DNA from: Chloroflexota bacterium | Lineage (GTDB): Bacteria; Chloroflexota; UBA11872; VXOZ01 | Direction of reading: 5' to 3' | Assembly: GCA_965221905.1 (NCBI GenBank) | Contig: OZ244922.1 | Coordinates: 1,120,001-1,184,000 of the forward strand | DNA: 64,000 nt | Shown here: positions 8,973 to 19,986 of the stretch, in pieces | Numbering within the stretch: position 1 is the stretch's first letter | Layout of the letters: each line of letters begins with the position of its first letter | Notes under the pieces: model-generated | The model's database searches: none | What the model was told of the DNA's origin: nothing | What the model saw: only the letters and a program-made list of their open reading frames with translations | Made by a program: the position numbers and the translations under genes

Positions 8973-11900
8973 CTAGACTGCGGGTTCTTCCGAGGAGCCC
9001 TCCGCTACGGGTTCGCTCGGAGCAGCCTCCGCTGCGGGCTCGCTCGGAGTAGCCTTCGCTACGGGTTCGCTCGGAGTAGCCTTCGCTACGGGTTCACTCG
9101 GAGTAGCCTTCGCTACGGGCTCGTCGCCATCGGTCCCCCCGAAGAATCGTGTGGCTTGTTCCTTCATCGTGGGGGCCGCCTTTGCCGAAGACGCGGCGAC
9201 TGCCTCCTGCCCAACTTCATCGGCGTCGCTCTCATCCGTAAAGAGGACTGCGGCAGCCTGCTCTGCAGCCTGACGTTTGCGCAACGCCGCGGCCTCTTCT
9301 CGAGCGCGAATGCCGGTGCCTGCCGGAATGAGCTTGCCGATAATGACATTTTCTTTGAGGCTCACCAAGCGGTCAACCGTGCCTTCCAGGGCGGCGTCGG
9401 TGAGGACGCGCGTGGTCTCCTGGAATGACGCTGCCGCCAGGAAGGAATCTGTTTGCAGGCTCGACTTTGTAATGCCCAGCAGCATCTGTTCAGCCGTGAC
9501 TGCCTCGCCGCCTTCCGCCAGAACGCGCTCGTTGGCCTCCTCGAACTTGAGGCGGTCCACGAGTTCCCCAGGCAGGAAGTCGGTATCGCCGGCATGTTCG
9601 ATGCGGACGCGCCGCAGCATCTGCCGTACGATAACCTCTATGTGCTTATCGTTGATGTAGACGCCCTGCGAGCGGTAGACTTTCTGCACTTCGTCCACGA
9701 GATTGCGTTGAACGGCCTCGCGTCCCAGAATGCGGAGAACGTCTTGTGGGTTCTTTGAACCCTCCGTCAGTTGATCGCCGGCACGAATCGTCTCGCCCGA
9801 TTTGACCTGCAGGTACGCAGTCAGCGGGACGCCGTACTCACGCTCTTCGGTCTCCTCGAAGTTGACGGTAACGAAGCCATCCTCAAGGCTAACCCGACCG
9901 GCCACGTGGGAGAAAAGTTCGCGCTCGACAATCTCGGCGCTATCCTTGGTGGTTTCAATTGCCTCACTCTCATCATCTGTCTCTTGGCGGGCGAGTACGT
10001 GGCCGTAGGCCACTTCATCGCCCGCCGCAACAACCAGCGTGAAGCCGTCCGGCACAGCGATACGCTCGGCAAAAGTCTGTACCGACGTGACGGTGACTTT
10101 CAAGTGATCGTCGGCCCGTTCGAGGGACACCACGCCGTCTATGTCGCTGACGGTGGCGACGCCCTTTGGCGTGCGCGCCTCGAAGAGTTCCTCTACGCGG
10201 GGCAAACCGCGGGTGATGTCCTCGGTGGCCACGCCGCCGGTGTGGAAGGTGCGCATGGTAAGCTGCGTGCCCGGCTCGCCGATGGACTGGGCAGCGATAA
10301 TGCCCACGGCAGCACCCTCCGCGACCACAGCGTTGCGGGCGAGGTCCCGCCCGTAGCACTTGGCGCAGACTCCAATCCGCGCCTGGCACGTCACGGGGCT
10401 GCGCACTTGCACGCTGTCCAATCCGGCTTCACCAATCGCTATGGCCTCTTCGTCGTCGATGAATTGACCGGCGTCCACGATGATCTCGCCGGTAACGGGG
10501 TGGATGATGGGATGAAGGGCGAAACGTCCGCTCACACGTTCGCCGAGCGAATCGGCAACGTCGCGGTCCTGCGGAGCGTGCGTTGTGATGCCAATGGCTG
10601 CGCCGCAGTCATCCTCACGAATAATCACGTCTTGTGCCACGTCTATAAGACGCCGGGTCAAGTATCCCGAGTCAGCCGTACGCAAGGCGGTATCGGCCAA
10701 GCCCTTGCGCGCGCCGTGGGTTGATATGAAATACTCCAGCACGCTCAAGCCTTCCCGGAGATTCGAGCGCACGGGCAGCGGAATGACGCGGCCTTGCGGG
10801 TCGGCCATTAGTCCGCGCATGCCCGCCAACTGCCGCACTTGCTCAAATCCGCCTTTGGCTGCGCCGGATACCGACATCATGTAGATGTTCCCGCCTTCGC
10901 TCAGGTTTACCTTCACCGCGTCGGTGACGTCGTCCTGCGCCTGTTTCCAGGTGCGAATCACCAGGTCGCGCTGCTCTTGTTCCGTGATGATCCCCCGGCG
11001 GTACTGCTGCTCGATGAGTGAGACGCGTTTTTCGGCATCGGCGAGAATCCCCATCTTCTCCTTCGGCATCTCGATGTCTGACATCGCGATTGTTGAACCG
11101 GAAATAGTGGCAAAGTGGAAACCAATCTCCTTAATGTCATCCACAAGCGTGATTGCTTGCTCCGAACCGGCCCTGCGCAAGGCGGTGTCTACCACGTCCT
11201 TCAAATTGCCCTTGTCCATGACTTCGTGTCGGAATCGGAGAGTGTGTGGCAGGATGCGGTTGAAAAGCACCTGTCCCGGCGTGGCATCATAGAGGTCGCC
11301 GTACTGGAACGGGTTATCGGGATTTTCGCTGCTATCCGGTACATCGATGGGATTGGCGCGAATCTTGATGAGCTCGCGCAGACCGACCATTCCCAATTCA
11401 TGTGCGAGCATGACTTCATCGAAGTCATTGAATACGCGCACCTTGGCATCTACGGACTCCAAATTGCCGTTACCTGCGCCGTTGGCCTGTTTCTCCACAC
11501 TAGTGAGGTAGTAGCATCCTAGGACCATGTCCTTCGTTGGGCTGACAACGGGCGAGCCGTCGGCGGGCAAGAGCAAGTTACGGGACGAGAGCATGAGGTC
11601 GTAGGCCTCTTCTCGCGCTTTACGAGAGAGGGGTACGTGCACTGCCATCTGATCGCCGTCGAAGTCGGCATTGAAGGCCTGGCAGACGAGCGGATGAAGC
11701 TGTACCGCGTTGCCTTCCACCAGCACGACCTCGAACGCCTGGATACCAAGGCGGTGCAGGGTCGGCGCGCGATTAAGCAGCACCGGATGGTTCGTGGTCA
11801 CTTCTTCCAGCGCGTCCCACACCTCGGACGCCCCGCGCTCCACCATGCGCTTTGCCATCTTTACGGTGGCGGCGTGGCCGCCATCGACCAGGGAGCGCAT

Positions 11901-13544
11901 GACGAACGGCTTGAAGAGTTCCAGCGCCATGCGCTTGGGCAGGCCGCACTGGTGCAACCGGAGGTCCGGCCCGACAACGATGACGGATCGACCGGAGTAG
12001 TCCACGCGCTTACCGAGAAGATTCTGGCGGAAGCGCCCTTGCTTACCGCGCAACAGGTCCGAGAGGCTCTTCAGCTTGTGGCCGGTGGAGCCCGCTACGG
12101 CGCGCCCGCGCCGGCCGTTGTCCACCAAGGCGTCGACTGCTTCTTGAAGCATGCGCTTCTCGTTGCGGATGATGATTTCCGGCGCGCCGAGGTCGAGCAG
12201 CTTCTTCAACCGGTTGTTGCGGTTGATAACGCGGCGGTAGAGGTCGTTGAGATCGCTGGTGGCGAAGCGTCCGCCGTCGAGCTGCACCATAGGGCGCAGG
12301 TCGGGCGGGAGCACCGGGAGTGCGGAGAGGATCATCCACTCCGGGCGGTTGCCGGAACGTCGGAACGACTCCACGATGCGCATCCGTTTGATGGCCTTTT
12401 TGCGCTTCTGGCTGGAGGTGGAGCGCACCTCGTCCCGCAGATGACTTGCCAACGCATCGAGGTCGAGGTCGCGCAAGATGTCTAGCAGTCCTTCGGCGCC
12501 CATAGCCGCCGCGAACATGCCTTCACACGTCTGTGTGAGGCGTTGGTATTGGTTCTCATCGAGGATAAGCAGCGGCTGTAGCAGCTTGAGGTCTTCCGCC
12601 TTTTGCTCTAAGAATTCCGGCAGCGCGGCAAGTTCCTTTTCCATCTGCTCCTGCGCATTGGCGATTTCGCCGTCTGTTTGCTCGCGCAGGGCCACTTGAC
12701 TCGCGGGTAAGGCAGCTTTGAGTTGATCCTGCTCGCCCTGGACGCGCTCGGCGATGCCATTAAGGTATTCGTCGCTGGCCTTTTCAAAGGTGCTCAGGTG
12801 CTTCTTCTCGACCACTTCCTCTTCGGCGACGAATGGGTCCTCCTGCCAGGGCACGATGAGATCATATTCGGCGGCGGTGGCGATCCAGTCGGCAAGCTGA
12901 TCGCGAATCTCAGTGACGTGATGCTCTTCCGCAACCGTGGCCTGCTCGATCAACTCATCTAGCTGATCATCGTCATTGGCGATAGCGTCTTCAAGGCTCT
13001 GCAGATCTACGACCAGTTTCTCTTCGACTTCTTGGATACGCTCTTGGGTGCGAGCTTCTAGCTGCGTGCGACGGTCCTTTGCTTCTTCGTCGAGGTTCTC
13101 GAGGGAGTCTTGAACGGCCTCTGCCTCAACTTTGCTAATGATGTACGCAGCAAAGTACAGTACGCGCTCGAGGTTGCGCGGCGAAATATCAAGCAACTGG
13201 CCCAGTCGGCTGGGCGTGCCTTTGAAATACCAGATGTGGCTCACTGAAGCGGCGAGCTCGATGTGCCCCATCCGCTCGCGCCGTACGCGTGAACGGGCAA
13301 CTTCCACGCCGCACTTATCGCAGATGATGCCCTTGTAGCGATAGCGCTTATACTTGCCGCAATAGCACTCGTAGTCCTTCGTCGGCCCAAAAATGCGTTC
13401 GCAAAAGAGACCGTCTCGCTCCGGCTTGAGCGTACGGTAGTTGATAGTTTCCGGTTTGGTTACCTCGCCATAGGACCAGTTTCGGATTTGCTCCGGTGAC
13501 GCTAGGCCGATGCGTAGGGCGTTGAACTCGTTAACGTCGAGCAT
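8973..13544 (-). CDS. rpoC: DNA-directed RNA polymerase subunit beta'
   Basis: KPETINYRT, Zn ribbon CYCGKYK..CDKC, catalytic [26 protein letters not shown]. Confidence 0.99.
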   Translation of the reverse strand: MLDVNEFNALRIGLASPEQIRNWSYGEVTKPETINYRTLKPERDGLFCERIFGPTKDYECYCGKYKRYRYKGIICDKCGVEVARSRVRRERMGHIELAASVSHIWYFKGTPSRLGQLLDISPRNLERVLYFAAYIISKVEAEAVQDSLENLDEEAKDRRTQLEARTQERIQEVEEKLVVDLQSLEDAIANDDDQLDELIEQATVAEEHHVTEIRDQLADWIATAAEYDLIVPWQEDPFVAEEEVVEKKHLSTFEKASDEYLNGIAERVQGEQDQLKAALPASQVALREQTDGEIANAQEQMEKELAALPEFLEQKAEDLKLLQPLLILDENQYQRLTQTCEGMFAAAMGAEGLLDILRDLDLDALASHLRDEVRSTSSQKRKKAIKRMRIVESFRRSGNRPEWMILSALPVLPPDLRPMVQLDGGRFATSDLNDLYRRVINRNNRLKKLLDLGAPEIIIRNEKRMLQEAVDALVDNGRRGRAVAGSTGHKLKSLSDLLRGKQGRFRQNLLGKRVDYSGRSVIVVGPDLRLHQCGLPKRMALELFKPFVMRSLVDGGHAATVKMAKRMVERGASEVWDALEEVTTNHPVLLNRAPTLHRLGIQAFEVVLVEGNAVQLHPLVCQAFNADFDGDQMAVHVPLSRKAREEAYDLMLSSRNLLLPADGSPVVSPTKDMVLGCYYLTSVEKQANGAGNGNLESVDAKVRVFNDFDEVMLAHELGMVGLRELIKIRANPIDVPDSSENPDNPFQYGDLYDATPGQVLFNRILPHTLRFRHEVMDKGNLKDVVDTALRRAGSEQAITLVDDIKEIGFHFATISGSTIAMSDIEMPKEKMGILADAEKRVSLIEQQYRRGIITEQEQRDLVIRTWKQAQDDVTDAVKVNLSEGGNIYMMSVSGAAKGGFEQVRQLAGMRGLMADPQGRVIPLPVRSNLREGLSVLEYFISTHGARKGLADTALRTADSGYLTRRLIDVAQDVIIREDDCGAAIGITTHAPQDRDVADSLGERVSGRFALHPIIHPVTGEIIVDAGQFIDDEEAIAIGEAGLDSVQVRSPVTCQARIGVCAKCYGRDLARNAVVAEGAAVGIIAAQSIGEPGTQLTMRTFHTGGVATEDITRGLPRVEELFEARTPKGVATVSDIDGVVSLERADDHLKVTVTSVQTFAERIAVPDGFTLVVAAGDEVAYGHVLARQETDDESEAIETTKDSAEIVERELFSHVAGRVSLEDGFVTVNFEETEEREYGVPLTAYLQVKSGETIRAGDQLTEGSKNPQDVLRILGREAVQRNLVDEVQKVYRSQGVYINDKHIEVIVRQMLRRVRIEHAGDTDFLPGELVDRLKFEEANERVLAEGGEAVTAEQMLLGITKSSLQTDSFLAAASFQETTRVLTDAALEGTVDRLVSLKENVIIGKLIPAGTGIRAREEAAALRKRQAAEQAAAVLFTDESDADEVGQEAVAASSAKAAPTMKEQATRFFGGTDGDEPVAKATPSEPVAKATPSEPVAKATPSEPAAEAAPSEPVAEGSSEEPAV
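8997..9123 (-). repeat. 27-bp coding tandem repeat in the rpoC 3' end (EPVAKATPS-like, ~4.5 units)
   Basis: T(C/T)CGCT(A/G)CGG recurs at 9001, 9028, 9055, 9082 and 9109. Confidence 0.9.
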
Positions 13545-13634
13545 AGAAAAATACGCCTCCTCATGCTGTGCTGGGATAGAAATCCGCTGGCAGCGGCGGT
13601 CTGCCGTCTGTTGGGAACAGGTTTCAGGCCTGTG

Positions 13635-16600
13635 CTACTCGTGATGCTCGCGACCTTGCAAGTTGATGCCACCCAGATCGGGTAGACCGTCCGAGTCGCC
13701 TTCTTCGGGGAATCGGATTTCTTCTTCGTTCTCATTCAAAACGTCAACTGCCAGGGCAAGACTCTGCAATTCCTTGACAAGCACCTTGAACGACTCCGGG
13801 ATGCCTGGCTGGAGCACTTCCTCCCCTTTGACGATAGCTTCGTATGTTTTGACACGGCCATGCACGTCATCAGACTTTACCGTGAGCATTTCTTGCAATG
13901 TATACGCGGCGCCGTAGGCTTCCAACGCCCACACTTCCATCTCTCCGAACCGCTGACCGCCAAACTGGGCCTTGCCGCCCAGGGGTTGTTGCGTGATCAG
14001 TGAGTAGGGGCCGGTAGAGCGCGCATGCACCTTATTCTCAACGAGATGGGCGAGCTTGAGCATGTATATCCAGCCGACCGTTACTGCTTGGTCGAAGGAT
14101 TCGCCCGTGCGCCCGTCGTAGAGCGTGGCCTTGCCGCTTTTGGGTAGGCCCGCTGTTTCTAACGCGCTTTCGATCTCGGTCTCGCTTGCGCTGTCGAAGA
14201 CCGGAACGACCGCTTGGAAGCCGAGCTCGTGGGCTGCCCAACCCAGGTGCGCTTCGAGTATTTGACCGAGGTTCATGCGCGAAGGCGCGCCCAGCGGACT
14301 AAGGACGATGTCCACCGGCGTGCCGTCGGCGAGATGCGGCATATCCTCAACGGCCATGATGCGCGCCACCACGCCTTTGTTGCCGTGGCGCCCCGCCATC
14401 TTGTCGCCCGCCATGAGCTTGCGCTTGGAGGCAACGGAGACCCGCACCATCTCATTTACGCCACTGGACAGCTCGTCGCCCATGTCCTTTGTGAAGATGT
14501 GCACGTCTACCACTTTGCCGTGCTCACCGGCCGGCATGCGCTTCGACGTGTCTTTCACGTCGCGGGCGTCCTTGCCGAAAATGGCGCGCAAGAGTCTATC
14601 CTCGCCGGTCAGGTCCGTTTCGCCCTTTGGCGTGACTTTGCCCACCAAAATGTCATCTGGGTGGACTTCCGCGCCGACGTAGATGACGCCGTTCTCGTCC
14701 ATGTTGCGCAAGGCTTCTTCGGCAACGTTGGGAATATCGCGCGTAATCTCTTCGGGTCCCAGCTTCGTGTCGCGCGCTTCGCACTCATATTTCTCCACGT
14801 GAACGGACGTGAAAAGGTCGTCTTGCACCACGCGATCGCTAAGGATGATTGCGTCCTCGTAGTTGCTCCCTTCCCAGAACATGAAGGCACAGAGCACGTT
14901 CTGCCCCAGCGCCAATTGCCCGTTGTCCGTTGAAGAACTATCCGCAAGCGGTTGACCCGCTGTTACGCGCTCGCCTTTGCGCACAATGGCGCGCTGGTTG
15001 TAGCACGTTGCCGCATTTGTCCGTTCGAACTTCTTAAGGGGATAGACGTGCTCTTGGCCGTCATCACCCAGCAGGCGGACCTCGCGGGCCGTGGCGCCGC
15101 TGATAATGCCGTCCACGTCAGCACAGAGCACTTGACCGGAGTCTTCCGCCGCTTTCCACTCCATACCGGTTGCAACCAGCGGCGCTTCCGGCTTCAGAAG
15201 CGGTACCGCTTGCCGCTGCATGTTAGCGCCCATCAAGGCGCGGTTGGCGTCGTCATGCTCCAAGAAGGGAATGAGCGAGGTGGGCACACTTACGATCTGC
15301 TTAGGCGAAACGTCCATGAAGTGGATGCGATCGGGGGCTTCTTGCAGGAACTGACCGCCGGCACGAACCGCTACGCGGTCTTCGGCGAATTCGCCCACGT
15401 CGTTTACCCGGGCATTGGCCTGAGAAACGATGTACAGATCTTCCTCATCTGCGGAGAGGTACTTCACACCGTCCGCATCAATGCTGGCAAAGGGACGCAA
15501 GGGAATCTCCGTCCCCACCAGTCCGGCTTCCTTGAGAGCCGCTGCGTCCTTCTTGGTTATCACGGTATCGGACGGAATCACAACGGTATCGCCGCTGGTA
15601 ACGTCTGCGGTCACCGTGTGGCCGATCAGGTCCGCACCGTCGCCATTGAACGTGAGGGACTTGTAGACCTGCCGGTAGGGCGTTTCAATGAAGCCGTAGT
15701 CGTTGACGCGCCCATAGCTGGCCAGGCTGCCGATCAGGCCGATGTTCGGGCCTTCAGGCGTCTCGATGGGACAAATCCGTCCGTAGTGCGAGTGGTGCAC
15801 GTCACGCACGTCGAAGCCCGCGCGGTCACGGGAGAGACCGCCCGGTCCCATCGCAGAGAGGCGGCGCTTGTGCCCCAGCTCGGAGAGCGGGTTGGTCTGG
15901 TCCATAAACTGCGAAAGCTGACTGCCGCCAAAGAACTCGCGCACGGCGGCAACCACCGGACGCGTGTTAATGAGTGCAGCCGGCGTTACCGTTGCCGGAT
16001 CTTGGAGAGTCATGCGTTCTTTAATGACACGCTCCATGCGCAGCAGGCCGATACGAAATTGGTTCTGCAGGAGTTCGCCAACCGCGCGTACCCTTCGGTT
16101 TCCCAGATGGTCGATGTCATCCGGCGGGTTTTGCGAATTGTTCAACTCGATGAGCCGCCGCACGATGTAGACGAGGTCTTCCGGCGTGAGCGTGCGTACT
16201 TCCGGCGGAGTCGGCATCTGGAGCCGCTTGTTGAGCTTGTAGCGTCCCACGCGGCCGAGGTCGTAGCGACGTCCGTTGAAGAACGTAGACTCAATGAGGT
16301 TCTTGGCGTTGTCGAGCGTTACCGGATCGCCGGGGCGGATGCGCTTGTAGACTTCGCGCAACCCGGTCTCGTGAGTGTTTGACGGGTCGCGCCGTTGCGC
16401 ACCGTCCTGTCCGCCGATGGTGGTGGTTATGTACGAGTGATCGGGATTGGTGTCAACCTCGCGGAAGAGTTCGTGTATCTCGGTGTCCGACCCGTAGCCG
16501 ACGGCGCGCAGGAGCGCCGTAACGGGAATAGTGCGTCGCTTATCTACCTTGACAGTCAGGATGTCCTTTGCGCTGGTTTCGAATTCCAGCCAGGCCCCGC

Positions 16601-17096
16601 GATTCGGAATCAGCTTGGCGCTGTAGAGAAAGCGGCTGCCGGAAGGGTCTTCCCTTCGGGTATAGTACACACCCGGCGAACGGACCAATTGGCTGACTAC
16701 CACGCGCTCCGTGCCGTTATAGATGAATGTGCCGGACGTGCTCATGAGCGGAAAGTCGCCCATGAAGACCGTCATCTCTTTGATCTCGCCGGTCTGCTTG
16801 ATGAGAAGCTTCGCCCGCACCCGGAGCGGCGATTGATACGTCAGATCACGTTTGCGACATTCAGTCTCGTCGTAGGGAGGTCTGTCGAATGGGTTTTCCG
16901 GCACCTCGAAACTTAGTTCGAAGTTCCTGCCGGTGAAGTCTTCGATGGGGGAAATCTCATTGAAGACCTCGCGCAGCCCATTGGTCTGGAACCAGCGGAA
17001 GGACCGCATCTGCAGTTCTATAAGGTCAGGTAGCGGTAATATCTCCGGCAACTTGCCATAATTGATCTGTTGCAATGCGTTACCGCTTATGGCCAT
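13635..17096 (-). CDS. rpoB: DNA-directed RNA polymerase subunit beta
   Basis: [43 protein letters not shown]. Confidence 0.99.
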   Translation of the reverse strand: MAISGNALQQINYGKLPEILPLPDLIELQMRSFRWFQTNGLREVFNEISPIEDFTGRNFELSFEVPENPFDRPPYDETECRKRDLTYQSPLRVRAKLLIKQTGEIKEMTVFMGDFPLMSTSGTFIYNGTERVVVSQLVRSPGVYYTRREDPSGSRFLYSAKLIPNRGAWLEFETSAKDILTVKVDKRRTIPVTALLRAVGYGSDTEIHELFREVDTNPDHSYITTTIGGQDGAQRRDPSNTHETGLREVYKRIRPGDPVTLDNAKNLIESTFFNGRRYDLGRVGRYKLNKRLQMPTPPEVRTLTPEDLVYIVRRLIELNNSQNPPDDIDHLGNRRVRAVGELLQNQFRIGLLRMERVIKERMTLQDPATVTPAALINTRPVVAAVREFFGGSQLSQFMDQTNPLSELGHKRRLSAMGPGGLSRDRAGFDVRDVHHSHYGRICPIETPEGPNIGLIGSLASYGRVNDYGFIETPYRQVYKSLTFNGDGADLIGHTVTADVTSGDTVVIPSDTVITKKDAAALKEAGLVGTEIPLRPFASIDADGVKYLSADEEDLYIVSQANARVNDVGEFAEDRVAVRAGGQFLQEAPDRIHFMDVSPKQIVSVPTSLIPFLEHDDANRALMGANMQRQAVPLLKPEAPLVATGMEWKAAEDSGQVLCADVDGIISGATAREVRLLGDDGQEHVYPLKKFERTNAATCYNQRAIVRKGERVTAGQPLADSSSTDNGQLALGQNVLCAFMFWEGSNYEDAIILSDRVVQDDLFTSVHVEKYECEARDTKLGPEEITRDIPNVAEEALRNMDENGVIYVGAEVHPDDILVGKVTPKGETDLTGEDRLLRAIFGKDARDVKDTSKRMPAGEHGKVVDVHIFTKDMGDELSSGVNEMVRVSVASKRKLMAGDKMAGRHGNKGVVARIMAVEDMPHLADGTPVDIVLSPLGAPSRMNLGQILEAHLGWAAHELGFQAVVPVFDSASETEIESALETAGLPKSGKATLYDGRTGESFDQAVTVGWIYMLKLAHLVENKVHARSTGPYSLITQQPLGGKAQFGGQRFGEMEVWALEAYGAAYTLQEMLTVKSDDVHGRVKTYEAIVKGEEVLQPGIPESFKVLVKELQSLALAVDVLNENEEEIRFPEEGDSDGLPDLGGINLQGREHHE

Positions 17097-17357
17097 AGTT
17101 TCTTTCCTCTCTCGACATTAGGGAGTCTGCCCACGGCGACTATTGCGCCAAGGTACAGTATTTCCATAGTAACAGCTTGTGTCTGCGGGAACAACATTAC
17201 GGTAGGGGCCTTAGATGCTCGCAATATGGTGGGTAAAGAAAACATGATCCTACCCGTCACTCCGCGTATGAGGAAATCCCTCTACTTTTCTTTCCAAGTC
17301 GCCCGCTGCCGCGGCTGTGGCAAGACTTGTGGTCATTGCCTATTATCCAATTGTACA

Positions 17358-17519
17358 ATGCCGTACCCATTCGGCATCCTGACCGGCTCTCTTGTTTTTC
17401 TCCATGATCTGTAATCTCGGTCAAAGTCGATGCCGCCCAGTTGCCGTTGAGGGCGGACTGAAGTCCTAGATTTCTCGCTGCGCCCGGAGTTACAAGATCG
17501 AGCAACAGTAAAACGGCAT
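17358..17519. ncRNA. Candidate structured RNA upstream of rpoB (strand unresolved)
   Basis: Nested complementary segments: ATGCCGT/ACGGCAT, GATCTGTAATCTCGG/CCGGAGTTACAAGATC, CCGCCC/GGGCGG. Confidence 0.3.
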
Positions 17520-17582
17520 GAGATGGGCAATTGATGAATGCGGTCCTGTGAGCACGTGCGCATTGGCGGCAGCGCTTTCCAG

Positions 17583-19172
17583 TTACCGTTCTCGGAGGAT
17601 TTCCATTGCCGCATTGTGGCCGGGGGCGCCGGTAACGCCGCCGCCGGGGTGGGTGCCGGCGCCGCAGAGATACAGGTTGCGGATGGGGGTGGCGTAGCGT
17701 GCCCAGCCCAGCGCGGGGCGTAGGAAGTAAAGCTGATCGAGGCTGAGCTCTCCATGAAAGATGTTGCCCCCGGTGAGCCCGTATTCTTGCTCCAGGTCCA
17801 GCGGGGAAAGGGCGTGCACGTGCTCGATTGCGCGCGGCAGATTGGGCGCATAGGCGGCGAGGGTGTCGATGATGCGCTGTACGAAGCGCTCTTTTTCCTC
17901 CGGCCAGCTACTCTCCCGCAGGTTGTAAGGGGCAAATTGCACGAAAACCCCCATAATGTGTTTTCCAGGGGGCGCAAGGGACGAATCATAGGCCGTTGGA
18001 ATCGTGATCTCCAGCAGCGGATGTGTGGAAGGCTTCCCATACTTGGCATCGTCCCAAGCGCGTTCCAAGTAGTCCATGGTGGGGCAAATGTGGGTTGTGC
18101 CCCTATGCTGCGGGCCGAGGGTAGTGCCGGGAAAGGCAGTATAGTCCGGCAACTCGCCCAAAGCCAGATTGAGCTTGAACGACGACCCTTCGCACTGATA
18201 CGACTCGATCTGCGCCACGAACTCATCCGGTAGGTCACTCCGCTCCACGAGGTGGAGAAACGTGCGTTTGGGGTCAGCATTGGAAATAACGACCTTTGCC
18301 TGGTACTCCGTACCGTCTGCGAGCACTACACCCGTGGCAGCATCATTGCGTGTGAGCACTTTGGCCACCGCCGCGTCTGTTTCAATTACGGCGCCGTGGG
18401 CTTGGGCCGAGGCCGCGAGCGCCTGGGTGATTGCGCCCATGCCGCCCTCGACAAATCCCCATAGGCCTCGTACGCCGCCAACACCGCCCATCACGTGGTG
18501 TAGCAGCACGTAAGCGGTGCCGGGTGTGCGCGGGCCGCCGTTCGTGCCGATCACGCCGTCGGTAGCCAGCGCTACTCTTAGGGCTTCCGATTCGAACCAC
18601 TCGTCCAGGATGGATTGCACGCTGCGCGTCATGAGTTTGGCAACGTCAGCCATCTGGGTGTGGGATAGGCCCAGCAGTGTGCGCCCTGCGCGCAGCGGCT
18701 CCAGCCAATCGCTCAAGCGTTGGGGCGGAAACTGGGGCGGCGGCTGTAAGAAAAGCGGTTCGATGAGACGCGCGACGCGCTCGACAAACGCTTCGTAGGC
18801 GGGATAGCGTACCGCGTCTTGCGTGGAGAACTTGGCTATCTCCTGACACGTGCGCGCCATATCTTGGTACATGAAGAGATGGCGGCCATCGGGATACGGC
18901 GCGAAATAGGCGGGGTTCTTGGGGAAGACCTTATAGCCGTAACGGGGAAGTTCCAGCTCGCGCACCACCTTGGCTTGGAGCAAGCTTACAAGATAGGAAG
19001 CGGTGGATACGCGGTAGCCGGGGAATACTTCCTCCGTGACACAGGCTCCGCCCACAATGGGCCGGCGCTCCAAGACCAGCACCTTCCAGCCGGCGCGCGC
19101 GAGATACCCGGCGGTGACGAGTCCATTGTGGCCCGCACCGATAATGATGGCGTCGTATGTAGAACTCGTCAT
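17583..19172 (-). CDS. Phytoene-desaturase-like (PYROXD2-type) FAD-dependent oxidoreductase
   Basis: GAGHNGLVTAGYLA, LERRPIVGGAC, GGMGAIT, GNIFHG, LYLCGAGTHPGGGVTGAPGHNAA; ATGA overlap with the upstream gene. Confidence 0.9.
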   Translation of the reverse strand: MTSSTYDAIIIGAGHNGLVTAGYLARAGWKVLVLERRPIVGGACVTEEVFPGYRVSTASYLVSLLQAKVVRELELPRYGYKVFPKNPAYFAPYPDGRHLFMYQDMARTCQEIAKFSTQDAVRYPAYEAFVERVARLIEPLFLQPPPQFPPQRLSDWLEPLRAGRTLLGLSHTQMADVAKLMTRSVQSILDEWFESEALRVALATDGVIGTNGGPRTPGTAYVLLHHVMGGVGGVRGLWGFVEGGMGAITQALAASAQAHGAVIETDAAVAKVLTRNDAATGVVLADGTEYQAKVVISNADPKRTFLHLVERSDLPDEFVAQIESYQCEGSSFKLNLALGELPDYTAFPGTTLGPQHRGTTHICPTMDYLERAWDDAKYGKPSTHPLLEITIPTAYDSSLAPPGKHIMGVFVQFAPYNLRESSWPEEKERFVQRIIDTLAAYAPNLPRAIEHVHALSPLDLEQEYGLTGGNIFHGELSLDQLYFLRPALGWARYATPIRNLYLCGAGTHPGGGVTGAPGHNAAMEILRER

Positions 19173-19960
19173 CCGTCAATCGCAAAGACGCGCATGGCGT
19201 TTGTGCTCAGGATGGCCTCCTGTTGCGCGGCGGTGAGTTTGCGGCAGTGGCGTTGGATGAGTTGCGGGCCGAACTCGATGGGCATGTGGGGCGCGTTGGT
19301 GGCGTTGAGCACACGCTCGGCACCGACGGCGTCCACCAGGTTCTGTACGATGATTGGGCGCAGCACCCCCGCAAGGTCAACCACCGTGTTCTCGGCCCTT
19401 TGCATGAAAGGAATCACTTCGTGCAGGAATCCAGGCACGCCGGCGTGGGCGATGATGAAGGTGATCTGAGGGAAGTCGAGGGCGAGGTTGGCGACGAGCG
19501 CCGGTGTACAGGTGTGACCGTGCTCCTCGCCGGTATGGATCATGACCGGCACCCGGAGCGTCGTGATGGCTTCCAAGACCGGCCCCATCAAGGCGCGGTC
19601 GGCGAGATTGTAATGTGCGTCGATTGTGTTAAATTTAACTGCGTGAAAGCCGCGTTCCCGCAGCCAGTAGCGCATCTCGTCGATGGCGATCGTGCCGCGC
19701 GGCGGTTTGACCCGCGCAAAGCCATAGATGCGGTCCGGGTAGTCGGCGATTGCCTGCGCGATGCGCTCGTGGTCGGCCGCGAAATCGTCGGCAGTGCCGA
19801 CACCGGGAGGCGCGCAGAGCACGCGATCCACGCCGCCCCGGTCCATGTAGGCAATCATATCTTTGCCCTGCATGGTGGCAGGCATGTCCTGGGCTTCCCA
19901 GATGGGATTCCGCCCCAAGTAACAGTGCGCGTCGATAATCACAAATAGCTCTCCAGCCAC
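19169..19960 (-). CDS. Amidohydrolase_2-family protein with atypical metal ligands
   Basis: IIDAHCY, PDRIYGF, PVMIHTG, FPQITFIIAHAG, GAERVL..TN.P, ILSTNA.RVF. Confidence 0.8.
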   Translation of the reverse strand: MAGELFVIIDAHCYLGRNPIWEAQDMPATMQGKDMIAYMDRGGVDRVLCAPPGVGTADDFAADHERIAQAIADYPDRIYGFARVKPPRGTIAIDEMRYWLRERGFHAVKFNTIDAHYNLADRALMGPVLEAITTLRVPVMIHTGEEHGHTCTPALVANLALDFPQITFIIAHAGVPGFLHEVIPFMQRAENTVVDLAGVLRPIIVQNLVDAVGAERVLNATNAPHMPIEFGPQLIQRHCRKLTAAQQEAILSTNAMRVFAIDG

Positions 19961-19986
19961 GCGTGCCCGGCGTTGCCGATGCGCAT

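Noticed and set aside
17406-17499. tRNA-Sec-like sequence (GGACTTCAGTCC on the minus strand)
   Set aside because: No T-arm GTTCGA, proper anticodon loop or CCA end; kept only as an unassigned structure.
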